Source: Salinispira sp.
GTDB taxonomy: Bacteria > Spirochaetota > Spirochaetia > DSM-27196 > Salinispiraceae
Length of the DNA: 64,000 nucleotides
Assembly (NCBI GenBank): GCA_965602015.1
Contig: OZ271918.1
Span: forward strand, 2,880,001 to 2,944,000
Direction: 5' to 3'
Shown here: piece after piece, positions 54,761 through 64,000 of the stretch
Numbering within the stretch: the stretch's first letter is position 1
Layout of the letters: each line of letters starts with the position of its first letter
The notes under the pieces: model-generated
Seen by the model: only the letters and a program-made list of their open reading frames with translations
The model's database searches: none
What the model was told of the DNA's origin: nothing
Translations under genes and position numbers: made by a program

Positions 54761-56926
54761 CTATTCCGGCCAAAAAAACAAGGTAAATTGCTCATAGTTG
54801 TTCAAGCTCAACGCTCTTCGATTGTCAAAATCCGGGAGGCGCGGAGTCAGTTCGATCGTGGGATGTATCGGGAAATTTGCTTCAGCCTGCCATTGAACTG
54901 AGCCCCTCGAATCCAGAACAATTATCCGCTGTTGTGCAGGCGAATCTTCATCACTGAAATATCCGCCGTCGCTGCTTGGACTCATGAGGATGGTTTGCTG
55001 TATGAGGACGATATCCGTCATCCCGTCGACATTCCAGTCGTCCACAACCACATCAACTCTCGTGTCGGGCACAAGATTTGCCGCCGACAGCTCGCCGGGA
55101 GGAACCTTGACAGCCCATAACAATTCTCCGCTTTCAGAAACAAGCAGCAGGCTGCTCTCCCGGGTATCATCGAACCTGTTGGTTTTCCGTTCGAGGATAA
55201 GGAAATTGAGCATACCGTCGGCATCTCCCTCAAAAACCGACAACAGCTCTAACCACGCGTTTCCAGAAACCCACGGCACACTCAAGGAAAAGATTTCATT
55301 TCCAATAACCGAATAGGCGCTGATAGTAAGACTTTGAGATATGCGGTCATGTGCCCTGACGTAATCATCGATGCCGTCAGAATCGATATCAAAACGGAGG
55401 TCAGACGAGGGATTTATATTCCGGCTGCCTCTGATTAGCTCACCGGAATAGCCGGAAACAACCGCGCTGTTGCGATCGATGATCGATACGTCCGTGACGG
55501 GAGTTTGTCTGCGGACTTCCGTCAGCGCCCGGGCCCTGGCAACCCCTGCCGGGTCGAAAAGATCTTCCCCTGCTGCTAGCCGTTCAAGCTGCTCAATCAC
55601 TGAGTCTGATCCCGAATACCAGCTTGGCATGGCCTGAAACACACCATTCTCATCGAGCAGAATGGCCAGCTGATCATAGCGCTCGAGCCAAGCTTCTGCC
55701 AGATCGCTCTGCCGGCTGAAGCGGGTAACCATGCCGCTGCCGGGAAAACGGGCAAGATACTCTTCTATGGAAATCTCTTCCATCCTCCTGCTCCCCGGTA
55801 CATCAAACACCATCCGTACAATGCTCAACTGGTCGGCGGTGAACTCCCGTCGCAACTCTGAGAGAAGGCGATTGCTATATTCGAGGTTGTGGCTTGCCAA
55901 GCTCTCAATCATGAGGAGCGTCGGATTGCCGTCGAATTCCCGAAGGCTGAGTTCATTTCCCTCGAGGGAGATAAATCCCGGATCAGGTAATACTGAACCC
56001 AATTGAGCATGCAGGTCCGCTTCAAGCTCATAGCGGTCATAGACGTAGAGTACTTCCCTGCTGCCCTGCGGGGGATTGTAGGTAAATTCATCCGCTGCGA
56101 ACGAAGGATCGATCTCGATGGCAGTGAAATCGTACTCTACCCACTCGTTTTTCTTGAGGTCATTTAAATCCGCAGCCCTGCTGAACGGACCGTAGTACAC
56201 CCCGAATCGTTGGATCAGAAGCGTCGCCGGATCCACCCAAAGCCGCGAAAGAGCGTATCCGTTGCGCGGATTTTTATCCCAATCAAACAGCAGGTCGATG
56301 CGGCTGGACTGTTTTCCGTCCAGGACATCAGCCTCGACCGAAATAAAATCATACAGTCCCGGCAGGATGTGAGTGAAATCATCTCCGTTGATGAGCTGAG
56401 CTATCGTCACCGGATGGAATGTCAAAATCGGGAAGCTCTCAATTTCTATATCTTCATCCTCTTCATCATCGTCATCATCATCATCGAATAGTTCGGCAAC
56501 ATATTCGGAAAAATCTCTCTGCGAATAGCGCAGCAGATAGCCGTCTTCAAACCATATTGTCCGGCCGTCACTGACAACCCTGCGATAGTCGTCATTCCTG
56601 GTAAAACGGGCGCCCTCAGATATCCGGTATCTGATTCGGTTTGTTTCAGCAACTTCCGTTACCAGGGATTCTTCTCCGTTTTCATAAACGGAGTATGTCT
56701 GGGGTCGACGCTCCATGACCACATCGCTATATGACTCAAGTGCCTGATAGTTTTCAACGACTTCAAGAAACAGGGCCCTCGCCGCTTCCCTCGACTCAGC
56801 ATCAATTGGAATCTGGTAGTATCGGCCTCCGGCCGAGGTTGCGCAGCTTGAAAAACCCGTTCCGAGCACGAGAAGCGCTAATAAAAAAAAGGGCTTAGTT
56901 GTTTTTAGAGTTTTCAATATATTCAT
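54761..56926 (-). CDS. multidomain lipoprotein (LolA-like, thioredoxin-like, FG-GAP-like)
   Basis: Lipobox FSSC after start MNILK (56926); VVSDGRTIW, LWVDP, FTYNPP; PDPGFISLEG…SLREFDG; DIDSDGIDD. Confidence 0.6.
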   Translation of the reverse strand: MNILKTLKTTKPFFLLALLVLGTGFSSCATSAGGRYYQIPIDAESREAARALFLEVVENYQALESYSDVVMERRPQTYSVYENGEESLVTEVAETNRIRYRISEGARFTRNDDYRRVVSDGRTIWFEDGYLLRYSQRDFSEYVAELFDDDDDDDEEDEDIEIESFPILTFHPVTIAQLINGDDFTHILPGLYDFISVEADVLDGKQSSRIDLLFDWDKNPRNGYALSRLWVDPATLLIQRFGVYYGPFSRAADLNDLKKNEWVEYDFTAIEIDPSFAADEFTYNPPQGSREVLYVYDRYELEADLHAQLGSVLPDPGFISLEGNELSLREFDGNPTLLMIESLASHNLEYSNRLLSELRREFTADQLSIVRMVFDVPGSRRMEEISIEEYLARFPGSGMVTRFSRQSDLAEAWLERYDQLAILLDENGVFQAMPSWYSGSDSVIEQLERLAAGEDLFDPAGVARARALTEVRRQTPVTDVSIIDRNSAVVSGYSGELIRGSRNINPSSDLRFDIDSDGIDDYVRAHDRISQSLTISAYSVIGNEIFSLSVPWVSGNAWLELLSVFEGDADGMLNFLILERKTNRFDDTRESSLLLVSESGELLWAVKVPPGELSAANLVPDTRVDVVVDDWNVDGMTDIVLIQQTILMSPSSDGGYFSDEDSPAQQRIIVLDSRGSVQWQAEANFPIHPTIELTPRLPDFDNRRALSLNNYEQFTLFFWPE

Positions 56927-57011
56927 CCTTAATACTGTTATATTACATAAGAATAGAATAAGAAAGCCTTGAAATGCAATATGCATTATATTGTGAATGA
57001 GGAGCTGTGAA

Positions 57012-57440
57012 GTGACATATGAAATGATCCGCCCGGCGGGTAATGGCAATCTGCTGGTGATGCTTTTAATAATCGCCTTTCTGTTTTTTTTGACCCTTGT
57101 TGTCGTGGTAATGTTTATCTCGTCCCGCACCTACACCATGCGCATTGATGCCGACAGGGTGAGAATACGGTCTGTATTCTACAATACCTCGATCTCCCGG
57201 GGGGACATCAGAACGGATGAACTGCGCATGGTCAAATACAGTGACCTCGGGGTATCGCTACGGACTAACGGCTTGGCCCTGCCGGGATTGCACATTGGCT
57301 GGTTCAGGGGAAACGGGGAGAAATACAAGCTCTATGTTACAGACGAGGAACACATCCTGCTGATCCCCACGAACTTAGGCTACGCAATTGCCTTCAGCAC
57401 GAGGGACGGAGATGAAATTATCGCCGAGCTGCGGGAATGA
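57012..57440 (+). CDS. bacterial PH-domain membrane protein
   Basis: One TM, then LRTNGLALPGLHIGWF motif; start uncertain (56997-57024). Confidence 0.7.
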   Translation: MTYEMIRPAGNGNLLVMLLIIAFLFFLTLVVVVMFISSRTYTMRIDADRVRIRSVFYNTSISRGDIRTDELRMVKYSDLGVSLRTNGLALPGLHIGWFRGNGEKYKLYVTDEEHILLIPTNLGYAIAFSTRDGDEIIAELRE

Positions 57441-57531
57441 AGCTTAGACATCAGTTCTGAGGGAGATCAAAAGTCTGATGAAAAAAACTAAATATTGGGA
57501 AAGATCCTGTTCCGAGGCGCAGGGCATCTCC

Positions 57532-58443
57532 CTACACCGCAATCTTCCGGACATCCTTGGGAGCCACGCCGTAAAAGCGCTTAAACTCCCGGGAAAACTG
57601 GCTGACGCTTTCGTATCCGACTTCACCCGCAGCCTCATTAACCCTGTAGCCTTCATCTGATAGGTATGATTTCGCCCGGTCGAGTCTGATTTTTTTGATG
57701 TATTGCAGAGGGGATGTTGCGGTGACCTCCTTGAAGACCTGATGAAAGGAGGAAGAGCTCATGCTTACCATTTTTGCCAGATCATCAATCTGATGGGCCT
57801 TTTGATAGTGCTGGTGAATTTCCCTCAAGGCGGTTTCTATTTTCCAAATATTGCTGTTCTTGATGGTGAGGCCTATGAGGGCCCCGGCGTGTTCGGTCTT
57901 CAGCAAGGTATATAAAAGCTCCCGGTAAATACCCTCGCCCAAAATCCGGCTCTGCTCTTCACTCTGCAGTACCCTTAGCAGCCTTCCCAGTATGTCCGTA
58001 ATCTCCGGAGTCAGGGCCGTTGTATAGAGACCGGATGTGCTTGCCGCAGCGGATTGGGGAGCCGGAGCCTTTCCGAGTTGCTGAATAATTTGAGCCAGTA
58101 CCGGTATGCTCAGGTCGATGGTCAGGCTCAACAGCGGCTTGTTTCTTTCCAGCACAATTGCCCGTTCCAAGGGCAGGGGCACCGCTGCCACCATATATGT
58201 ATCTTTGTCATAGGCGTATTCCCGGTCATTCCAGAAAATGTGTTTGGCTCCCTGGACACAAAAAAATGCCCTCTGATGATAGAAAAACGGCTCCCTGGGA
58301 GCGGGAGCGCTCGCCCGGTACAGGCCAACCTGTTCGAGGTGACTGGGGTTGTAGCCCTCAATCGGGGCAAGAGCTTCTACTAATGCAATCAAGTCTGTCA
58401 TCGATATCATCCTCAATACTATATCTACGGCTTTACTGATCAT
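57532..58443 (-). CDS. AraC family regulator (YqhC-like N-terminal domain)
   Basis: VQGAK, MSSSSFHQVFK…SPLQYIK, VGYESVSQFSREFKRFYG. Confidence 0.93.
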   Translation of the reverse strand: MISKAVDIVLRMISMTDLIALVEALAPIEGYNPSHLEQVGLYRASAPAPREPFFYHQRAFFCVQGAKHIFWNDREYAYDKDTYMVAAVPLPLERAIVLERNKPLLSLTIDLSIPVLAQIIQQLGKAPAPQSAAASTSGLYTTALTPEITDILGRLLRVLQSEEQSRILGEGIYRELLYTLLKTEHAGALIGLTIKNSNIWKIETALREIHQHYQKAHQIDDLAKMVSMSSSSFHQVFKEVTATSPLQYIKKIRLDRAKSYLSDEGYRVNEAAGEVGYESVSQFSREFKRFYGVAPKDVRKIAV

Positions 58444-58564
58444 CTGAAAAGGGTACGAATGGTGATTTCAGAGGATTAGGCATAAAACACCGAGAAATGA
58501 GTATTCATACTCTTCCGTGTCAGGTTTAATTTGATACAACGATAGTACGTAAAGGAGAAAACAC

Positions 58565-59539
58565 ATGAAAAAGCAAACCCTGCATTTGGATACCGTCATC
58601 CGGGATTATTCCGGAGATATGACGGGAAAGATAGTAGCGATCACCGGAACCACCACCGGAACCGGATTTGTTGCTGCCCGGGAGATCGCCAGGAAAGGAG
58701 CGGAAGTCCTGCTGCTTAACCGCGAAAGCGAACGGGCCAGCCAGTCCCTGGAAAAACTCCGCAAGCAGGTCCCCGGAGGCAAGTTCGTGCCTGTCGAATG
58801 CGACCTCCAGTCCTCAACGAGTGTTGAAAAAGCGATAGCTCAAATCAAAGCCAGGTATTCGGTACTGGACGTCCTCTGCAATAACGCCGCAGTGATGGCC
58901 TTGGGTGATTACCCAACGGTTGACGGATATGACGTGCAGATGCAGACAAATGCCCTGTCCCATTTCCTTCTGGTAAAGGGCCTCATGCCCCTATTAAGGG
59001 CCAGTGAGGAAGCAAGAATTGTGAATCACACATCACGAGCCCGATTAGGCGGGCCGCTCGAAGCCAGGTATTTCGGAAAAAACAGCGGCAATCTGGGAGG
59101 CGACGGCACAAAAGAAGACAGCGCCAACTTCAGCGGTCCCCGCTGGGAACGCTATCATCAAACAAAACTAGCCAACTTTGTTTTCACCTATGCCCTCAAC
59201 GATCGCCTGGCCGAGGCGGGCATCGCGAACATAGCCGCCTTCGCAGCCCATCCAGGTCTGTCCGCCACCAACCTGCAGGTTACCACCGCTGCGGCAGGCG
59301 GAATGGAAGCAAACTCCCCGCTGATGGAAAACGCCCAAAGTGCAGAAGACGGGGCGACGGGAATAATCCGGGCCAGCACCGATCCCGCCGCCGAAAGCGG
59401 CGACTTCTTCGGGCCGTTGGAGTGGACGGGATTTCCGGAAAAACTCACCCCGGAAGCCGATCTGTTGACCGAATCCAACAAGGAAATTTTTTGGCATGGT
59501 TGCGAAGCCGCTGTCGGCGCAATGGACTTTTATGCATAG
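58565..59539 (+). CDS. SDR family oxidoreductase (retinol-DH/WWOX-like)
   Basis: TGTTTGTG, NNAAVM, DGYDVQMQTN, YHQTK, HPG. Confidence 0.92.
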   Translation: MKKQTLHLDTVIRDYSGDMTGKIVAITGTTTGTGFVAAREIARKGAEVLLLNRESERASQSLEKLRKQVPGGKFVPVECDLQSSTSVEKAIAQIKARYSVLDVLCNNAAVMALGDYPTVDGYDVQMQTNALSHFLLVKGLMPLLRASEEARIVNHTSRARLGGPLEARYFGKNSGNLGGDGTKEDSANFSGPRWERYHQTKLANFVFTYALNDRLAEAGIANIAAFAAHPGLSATNLQVTTAAAGGMEANSPLMENAQSAEDGATGIIRASTDPAAESGDFFGPLEWTGFPEKLTPEADLLTESNKEIFWHGCEAAVGAMDFYA

Positions 59540-59558
59540 ACTGGGGATGCTCGTTATT

Positions 59559-59657
59559 ACAGAAGAAAGCCCCCATGCCGGGGGCTTTCTTCTATTCTCC
59601 ATGCGTTCCTCGCCCCTTCGGGCCTCTGGTACGCATGGTTAGCGACCGATGGGAATC
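59559..59657. repeat. exact 99-bp direct repeat of 59832-59930 (tRNA 3' 17 nt, hairpin and terminator)
   Basis: Base-by-base identity at offset 273. Confidence 0.92.
59561..59593. terminator. bidirectional intrinsic terminator (copy 1)
   Basis: Perfect 14-bp stem AGAAGAAAGCCCCC/GGGGGCTTTCTTCT. Confidence 0.8.
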
Positions 59658-59833
59658 CTCTACAGTCGGCTGCCTCCTGCAGCCTCTTTTCGAGCCGCCT
59701 CCGTCGCTGAAAAGACATCCTGTCTTTTCGCGCTCGCAGCGCTCGCGCCGCTCCATTCGGGATCGTTCCTCGTCCCTGCAGGCCTCCGGTACGACCCGAT
59801 TTCCGGTTCGATTCCCATCGGACACATTTAAAC

Positions 59834-59866
59834 AGAAGAAAGCCCCCATGCCGGGGGCTTTCTTCT
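59834..59866 (-). terminator. intrinsic terminator downstream of tRNA-Gly (copy 2)
   Basis: Same 14-bp stem as copy 1. Confidence 0.8.
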
Positions 59867-59913
59867 ATTCTCCATGCGTTCCTCGCCCCTTCGGGCCTCT
59901 GGTACGCATGGTT

Positions 59914-59984
59914 AGCGACCGATGGGAATCGAACCCACGTCACCAGCTTGGGAAGCTGGGGTAATGCCATTATACGACGGTCGC
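59914..59984 (-). tRNA. tRNA-Gly (anticodon CCC), CCA not encoded
   Basis: GCGACCG/CGGTCGC acceptor stem, D-arm GTATAATGGCATTAC, anticodon arm CCAGC-TTCCCAA-GCTGG, T-arm GTGGG-TTCGATT-CCCAT, discriminator U. Confidence 0.95.
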
Positions 59985-60100
59985 GCGCTTGTGCTTTAGT
60001 ATAGTTCAATCGGCAGCGCTGGTAAATCTCCGCGGCAGGGAGTTTATTCATTATACTTCCGGAAGCGGGCAATGTGCCCATGTCGGGGCAAGGGGGTAAT

Positions 60101-60607
60101 ATGGCTGAACTGTGGGATGTTTACGACCGCGATGGCGCGATGACCGGTGAGGTAATTGAGAGAGGGCGGAAGCTTCCTTCGGGAAAATATCATCTAATCG
60201 TTCATCTATGGCTGAAGGACCCTGATGGCCGGCTGCTTATCCAGCAGCGCAATAAGCCCGGCGGACCGACTCACGAATTATGGGCCCCAACTGCCGGTTC
60301 GATAACTTCTGGGGAAACAAGCAAGGTCGGGGTGATTCGGGAATGCCTGGAGGAGATCGGCCTCGATCTTCCGGAGTCCGAGCTTGTTTTTCACGAGCGG
60401 GAGTTCATCGCAGACTTCATTCAGGACGTATGGTTCGCTCCATGGGACGGCATTGTTCAAACTTTGACGGCGGATCCCGTCGAAGTCCTTGCCCTGCGAT
60501 CAGTTAGTTGGGATGAAATGATGACCCTGCTAAGGGAAAAGCGGTTTATCGCCTACGGAGAAGACTACTTCCAGCGATTAAAAACCGCATTGTCGGACAT
60601 GGGGTGA
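60101..60607 (+). CDS. NUDIX hydrolase
   Basis: ELWDVYD, HLIVHLW, Nudix box GSITSGETSKVGVIRECLEEIGL. Confidence 0.9.
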   Translation: MAELWDVYDRDGAMTGEVIERGRKLPSGKYHLIVHLWLKDPDGRLLIQQRNKPGGPTHELWAPTAGSITSGETSKVGVIRECLEEIGLDLPESELVFHEREFIADFIQDVWFAPWDGIVQTLTADPVEVLALRSVSWDEMMTLLREKRFIAYGEDYFQRLKTALSDMG

Positions 60608-60759
60608 ACAAAACCGGAATTGCATGTGCGCTGGCATTGATAGCCTGACTGTCGGAACTTTTTGTGTCCATGTGCGGCTTTTGGGCTCCAGGGAAATAGC
60701 CCAAAGCATGCATGCAGAGTACACTTTTTATATATCGTAGAAGATAGAAGGAGATCGCC

Positions 60760-61254
60760 GTGAGAGAAAATGTTGCCCTGCTGATCATTGATATGCAGAA
60801 CACCTTTATTGAGGAGATCGACAAACCCGACGCGGTCACCCGATGCTGCGCAGTGATTAACTATGTGGCCGAAATGTTTCGCAGTGCAAAACAGCCGGTA
60901 ATTCATATAAAAGATATGGAAGAAGCCGAGGAATTAAGTGAAAAAGAACTGGAGATCATCCCGGAAATAACCCGTGACAAGGACGACCTGCTGGTGGAAA
61001 AGAAATTTTCAAACGCCTTTTGGCAGACCGATCTTCAAAGGCGCCTGGAGGACCTGGGCACAAAATTTCTCGTTCTGGCCGGTCAGGCGGCGGAACACTG
61101 CGTGCTCTTTACCTATAACGGCGCCCGGGAACGGGGCTACACGCCGGTCATGCTTCAGGACGGAATCCTCAGCGGAGATCCCCAAAATATTCAAAACGCC
61201 ATGGCAAACCGCAACTTTATATCCTGGGCGGCGGTAGCCGAACTACTGCGTTAG
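60760..61254 (+). CDS. isochorismatase-family cysteine hydrolase
   Basis: ALLIIDMQN, K..SNAF, AEHCV (Asp-Lys-Cys triad). Confidence 0.9.
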   Translation: MRENVALLIIDMQNTFIEEIDKPDAVTRCCAVINYVAEMFRSAKQPVIHIKDMEEAEELSEKELEIIPEITRDKDDLLVEKKFSNAFWQTDLQRRLEDLGTKFLVLAGQAAEHCVLFTYNGARERGYTPVMLQDGILSGDPQNIQNAMANRNFISWAAVAELLR

Positions 61255-64000
61255 GGAGCCCAGGCAGTAAACCTCAATTCAGTAAATGCGCTGTCGGCGG
61301 CGTCGGCGCGGTTTCCGTCACCATCGTTTTCTTCAAACAGGCGGTGGCTTTGGGCTATACGCGCGTCGAGCTCGACCGCCCGGTCATAACTTTCCCGGGC
61401 CGCTGCCACATTCCCGTTTTCAATAAGCAGCAGAGCCTTTGACAGCAGAAGATAGGGGTTTTCCGGCTGCTGGGCCTCTGCCCTGGCAAAATAGTCTTCC
61501 GCAGTCTGTTTATCCCCGCGGATAAGTGCGAGCTTTGCCAGGTTGATAAGCGCCGGCCCGTATTCCCCGTCGGCCAAGGCCGACAGGAAATCATCTTCCG
61601 CATCTTCATAAAACCCGAACCTGGCGCGGATGATTCCCCGCCTGTTGTATTCTCTGGGCGAATCGGCTCCCGTCAGACCGCCCGCATCGATAAGCGCCGC
61701 GCTGTGAACGCTCCGAAGCTGACCAAGCTGGCGGCTCAGCGGTGAAATCTGGCCAGACCTCAGGCCGGAAACCTCCGCAGGATCGTCGAAGTCCGCCGGA
61801 GGGTACGTCTGCCAGGCATCCGAAGTGATATACATCTGCGCTTCACCTGCGCCGGCATGCCGCCGCCAAAGCTGGGCAGCGCTGATCCATGCCTGGGTAA
61901 AATCTGCGTCGAGCAGAGTACTTTCCACCGGTATCCAAATCCGCCCGTCGCGTTCGATCAGTCGGCTTCTATCGGGAAAATACTCGCCGGCCTGCCGTAC
62001 CTCTATCCCCGAATCGAAGGCGGGGAAGATATGGCCGGGTACGGTAATCAGGGCGCTGGGAATGCCCGAAGCCTCCAGGAGTGACGCATAGAGAACCGAG
62101 AGGTCGTCGCAGTCTCCCGAACCGTACAATAGAGTCTCCGCGGGAAACTGCAGAAAATCGATTGCTCCCCGGTCGGCGGAAACCCGCTCGTACGGCGTTG
62201 CCGGATCGATTCGGTAGCTGATATCCGAGGAGACCAAAGCCTGGAATAGCCCAAGAGCCGTGGCGAAGTTTGCCGGGAGGCCCCGGCGCTCAAGCCCGGC
62301 CAGCGAGGCGAGGACGGTTCCGGAGGTTTCCATGACGGCGGGGGATTGGATGCTGGTAATCATGGCGGCAGCTTTGCGGTCGTCATCCCATCTAATCGCA
62401 TTGGTATTCATCCGCCTCAGAGGTACTCGTATCTCCTCGTTTTCCCTGACCCCGGCGAAGGTGAAAGTAACGTCGAGGATGAGCGGCACAATATCGCCCC
62501 CATCCGGATCGAGTATGCTCCGGCTCAAAAACGCTCCGGCGGCCAGGTTGAGACTTTGCCCCGCCGGAAGATCCTCGGAATGTACCACAACCAGACGTTC
62601 TCCGTTCTCGCCGATCCTGCTGCGAATGCTGATGTTCTCCATCGGGAGATCCCGAAGATTCTGCAGACGGGCTTCCAGCAGAGGGATATTGCGATAGCTT
62701 CGGTAAAGCGAAGGGAACAATTCCGGCGCATCGATGTCCGTCAGCAGGATCTGCCGGGCGATTTCCATCGGGGGGATATTCGCCCGGTGCTCCGAACTGA
62801 TGCGCCCGCTCAAAGGGTCGGCCTCAAACAGCAGGGGATAGCTGCGGCCGCTAACCGGATGTCGCAAACTCCAGGAATACCACTGACCTTCCCTGGTAGC
62901 CACTGCCGAAGCATCCTGCCATGAGAGAAAGAGATCCCGGGCGTTGGCCGGTGAGATGGACAGCCGAGCCGGAGCTCCTGCGGCCCGGATAAAATAAAGC
63001 TCATCGTCAATTTCATACCTCCCCTGCTCCTCAACCGGGAAGCGGATTTCGTCTCCCTCCTGACTGGCTTCGAACTGCCTGACTACTTCCTGGATGATCA
63101 GCTCATCGGCCCGCCGGGCGGCCGCCTCAAGACGGCGCTCATATTGGTCGGCGGATTCAAACATGTCCCGGGGGGCAGTGGCATCAGTCCCCAAAGATTC
63201 CAGCAATTCCACCGCAAAGGCTTCATCGAGCACTGCAATCTGGGCAGGGCCGGGGTTTACGCCACCGTTGATGCTTTTGAGCAGGGCGGAGGCCAGGCTG
63301 ACCGGACCGGCCCCGACTTCTTCCAGACGCCAGAACACCAGACCGTTTTCCGTGATGCTTATGGTAGCCAGGCGGCTCCCGTCGGGATGAACCGCCAGAT
63401 CGGCAATGTATCCCTGACCGGCGGAAAAGGTCGATTCATAGGACCACAATTGCGGGAAATCTCCCCGTGCGAGGGATTCCGCGGCGGCTCCTGCGGCTCC
63501 GAGCTCCCGGGCATCCGGTCTGACGGCGGATCCTCCGTCATCACCAAGCCGCCAGACTGAAATAACGCTTCCTCCGAAGCCGGTGAAAAGGGTTTTGCTG
63601 TCAGGAGCGAAGGTGAGCGAGTAAATATTCCCCTCTTCAATGTCGGGGATCACCTGCCAAAGTTCGGCCTCCCGATTTTCGATTCTGTATATAGTCAGTT
63701 CCTTTCGCACCCCGACTGCCAGCCAGCGGCCATCGGGGGAAAACTGCAGGCCGTCGAGATAACCGGTATTGCTGTAATACTGGGTAGGACGAAGTTCGCC
63801 TGCGGGAAGCAGACGATGATTTTCCCCATCGATTGCATATAGACTGATGTAATCGTCGCTGTTACCGAGGGCAAGGAGCCGGGAATCTGGTGATATTGAA
63901 AGAGCAGTGACCCTCAGTTCGCCGGGGTTGATTTCATGAACCAGTTCCAGGCCGGCGCTGCCGATCCGCCACAGAAACAGTTCGCCTTCGGCAAAACTCA
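61251..64000 (-). CDS. large WD40 + transglutaminase-like + TPR protein, 5' end outside window
   Basis: Frame stays open from 63710 to the window edge (VTALSISPDSRLLALG, GLQFSPDGRWLAVG); GDCDDLSVLYASLLE…PGHIF; C-terminal TPRs (YNRRGII…, ALINLAKL…). Confidence 0.8.
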   Translation of the reverse strand, partial: SFAEGELFLWRIGSAGLELVHEINPGELRVTALSISPDSRLLALGNSDDYISLYAIDGENHRLLPAGELRPTQYYSNTGYLDGLQFSPDGRWLAVGVRKELTIYRIENREAELWQVIPDIEEGNIYSLTFAPDSKTLFTGFGGSVISVWRLGDDGGSAVRPDARELGAAGAAAESLARGDFPQLWSYESTFSAGQGYIADLAVHPDGSRLATISITENGLVFWRLEEVGAGPVSLASALLKSINGGVNPGPAQIAVLDEAFAVELLESLGTDATAPRDMFESADQYERRLEAAARRADELIIQEVVRQFEASQEGDEIRFPVEEQGRYEIDDELYFIRAAGAPARLSISPANARDLFLSWQDASAVATREGQWYSWSLRHPVSGRSYPLLFEADPLSGRISSEHRANIPPMEIARQILLTDIDAPELFPSLYRSYRNIPLLEARLQNLRDLPMENISIRSRIGENGERLVVVHSEDLPAGQSLNLAAGAFLSRSILDPDGGDIVPLILDVTFTFAGVRENEEIRVPLRRMNTNAIRWDDDRKAAAMITSIQSPAVMETSGTVLASLAGLERRGLPANFATALGLFQALVSSDISYRIDPATPYERVSADRGAIDFLQFPAETLLYGSGDCDDLSVLYASLLEASGIPSALITVPGHIFPAFDSGIEVRQAGEYFPDRSRLIERDGRIWIPVESTLLDADFTQAWISAAQLWRRHAGAGEAQMYITSDAWQTYPPADFDDPAEVSGLRSGQISPLSRQLGQLRSVHSAALIDAGGLTGADSPREYNRRGIIRARFGFYEDAEDDFLSALADGEYGPALINLAKLALIRGDKQTAEDYFARAEAQQPENPYLLLSKALLLIENGNVAAARESYDRAVELDARIAQSHRLFEENDGDGNRADAADSAFTELRFTAWAP

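Noticed and set aside
54761..59657. Integrated genomic island or prophage at tRNA-Gly
   Set aside because: The att-like duplicate is only 273 bp from the tRNA; no integrase or more distant copy was noticed.
59557..60081. 174-aa and 180-aa ORFs over the tRNA region
   Set aside because: They overlap tRNA-Gly and its duplicated terminator; the repeated peptide simply reflects the DNA repeat.

Overview
GC-rich (about 55-60% by eye) bacterial chromosome segment, probably from an anaerobic free-living spirochaete. This is inferred from the 'NAAIEAAHAG' MCP signature, 'LFAxG'-type solute-binding leaders, a TPAT-like DctP and many lipoproteins. In order, the window holds: an esterase and GNAT; a HAD-gndA-kdgK sugar-acid cluster; a histidine kinase, response regulator and MCP; an Opp/Gsi-type peptide ABC operon; an atypical SDR; and an Fn3 lipoprotein. 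The centrepiece is a ~14 kb minus-strand energy-conservation operon (33124->18833). It encodes an Mrp/Mbx(MBS)-type complex-I-related enzyme without NiFe ligands, with a fused double antiporter subunit and a NuoI-GltD (NADPH-type) fusion, followed by NfnAB and a Cys-bearing ArsR regulator. Just upstream is a second MrpA-less mnhEFGBCD-type operon led by a PII-like protein and a PTS EIIA; its MrpD carries a 16 x 18-bp repeat insertion. The right half has an Fn3/solute-binding fusion lipoprotein, an SsuA/TauC-type ABC system, and an RND operon with an inserted lipoprotein gene. It also has an XRE unit with twin operators, an orphan DctP, several apparent pseudoenzyme domains, an AraC/SDR pair, and tRNA-Gly(CCC) with a duplicated 3' end and an inverted-repeat element. 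It ends with NUDIX, isochorismatase and a partial WD40/transglutaminase/TPR gene. No CRISPR array, rRNA, transposase or integrase was seen. All assignments rest on motif recognition; no database search was run.
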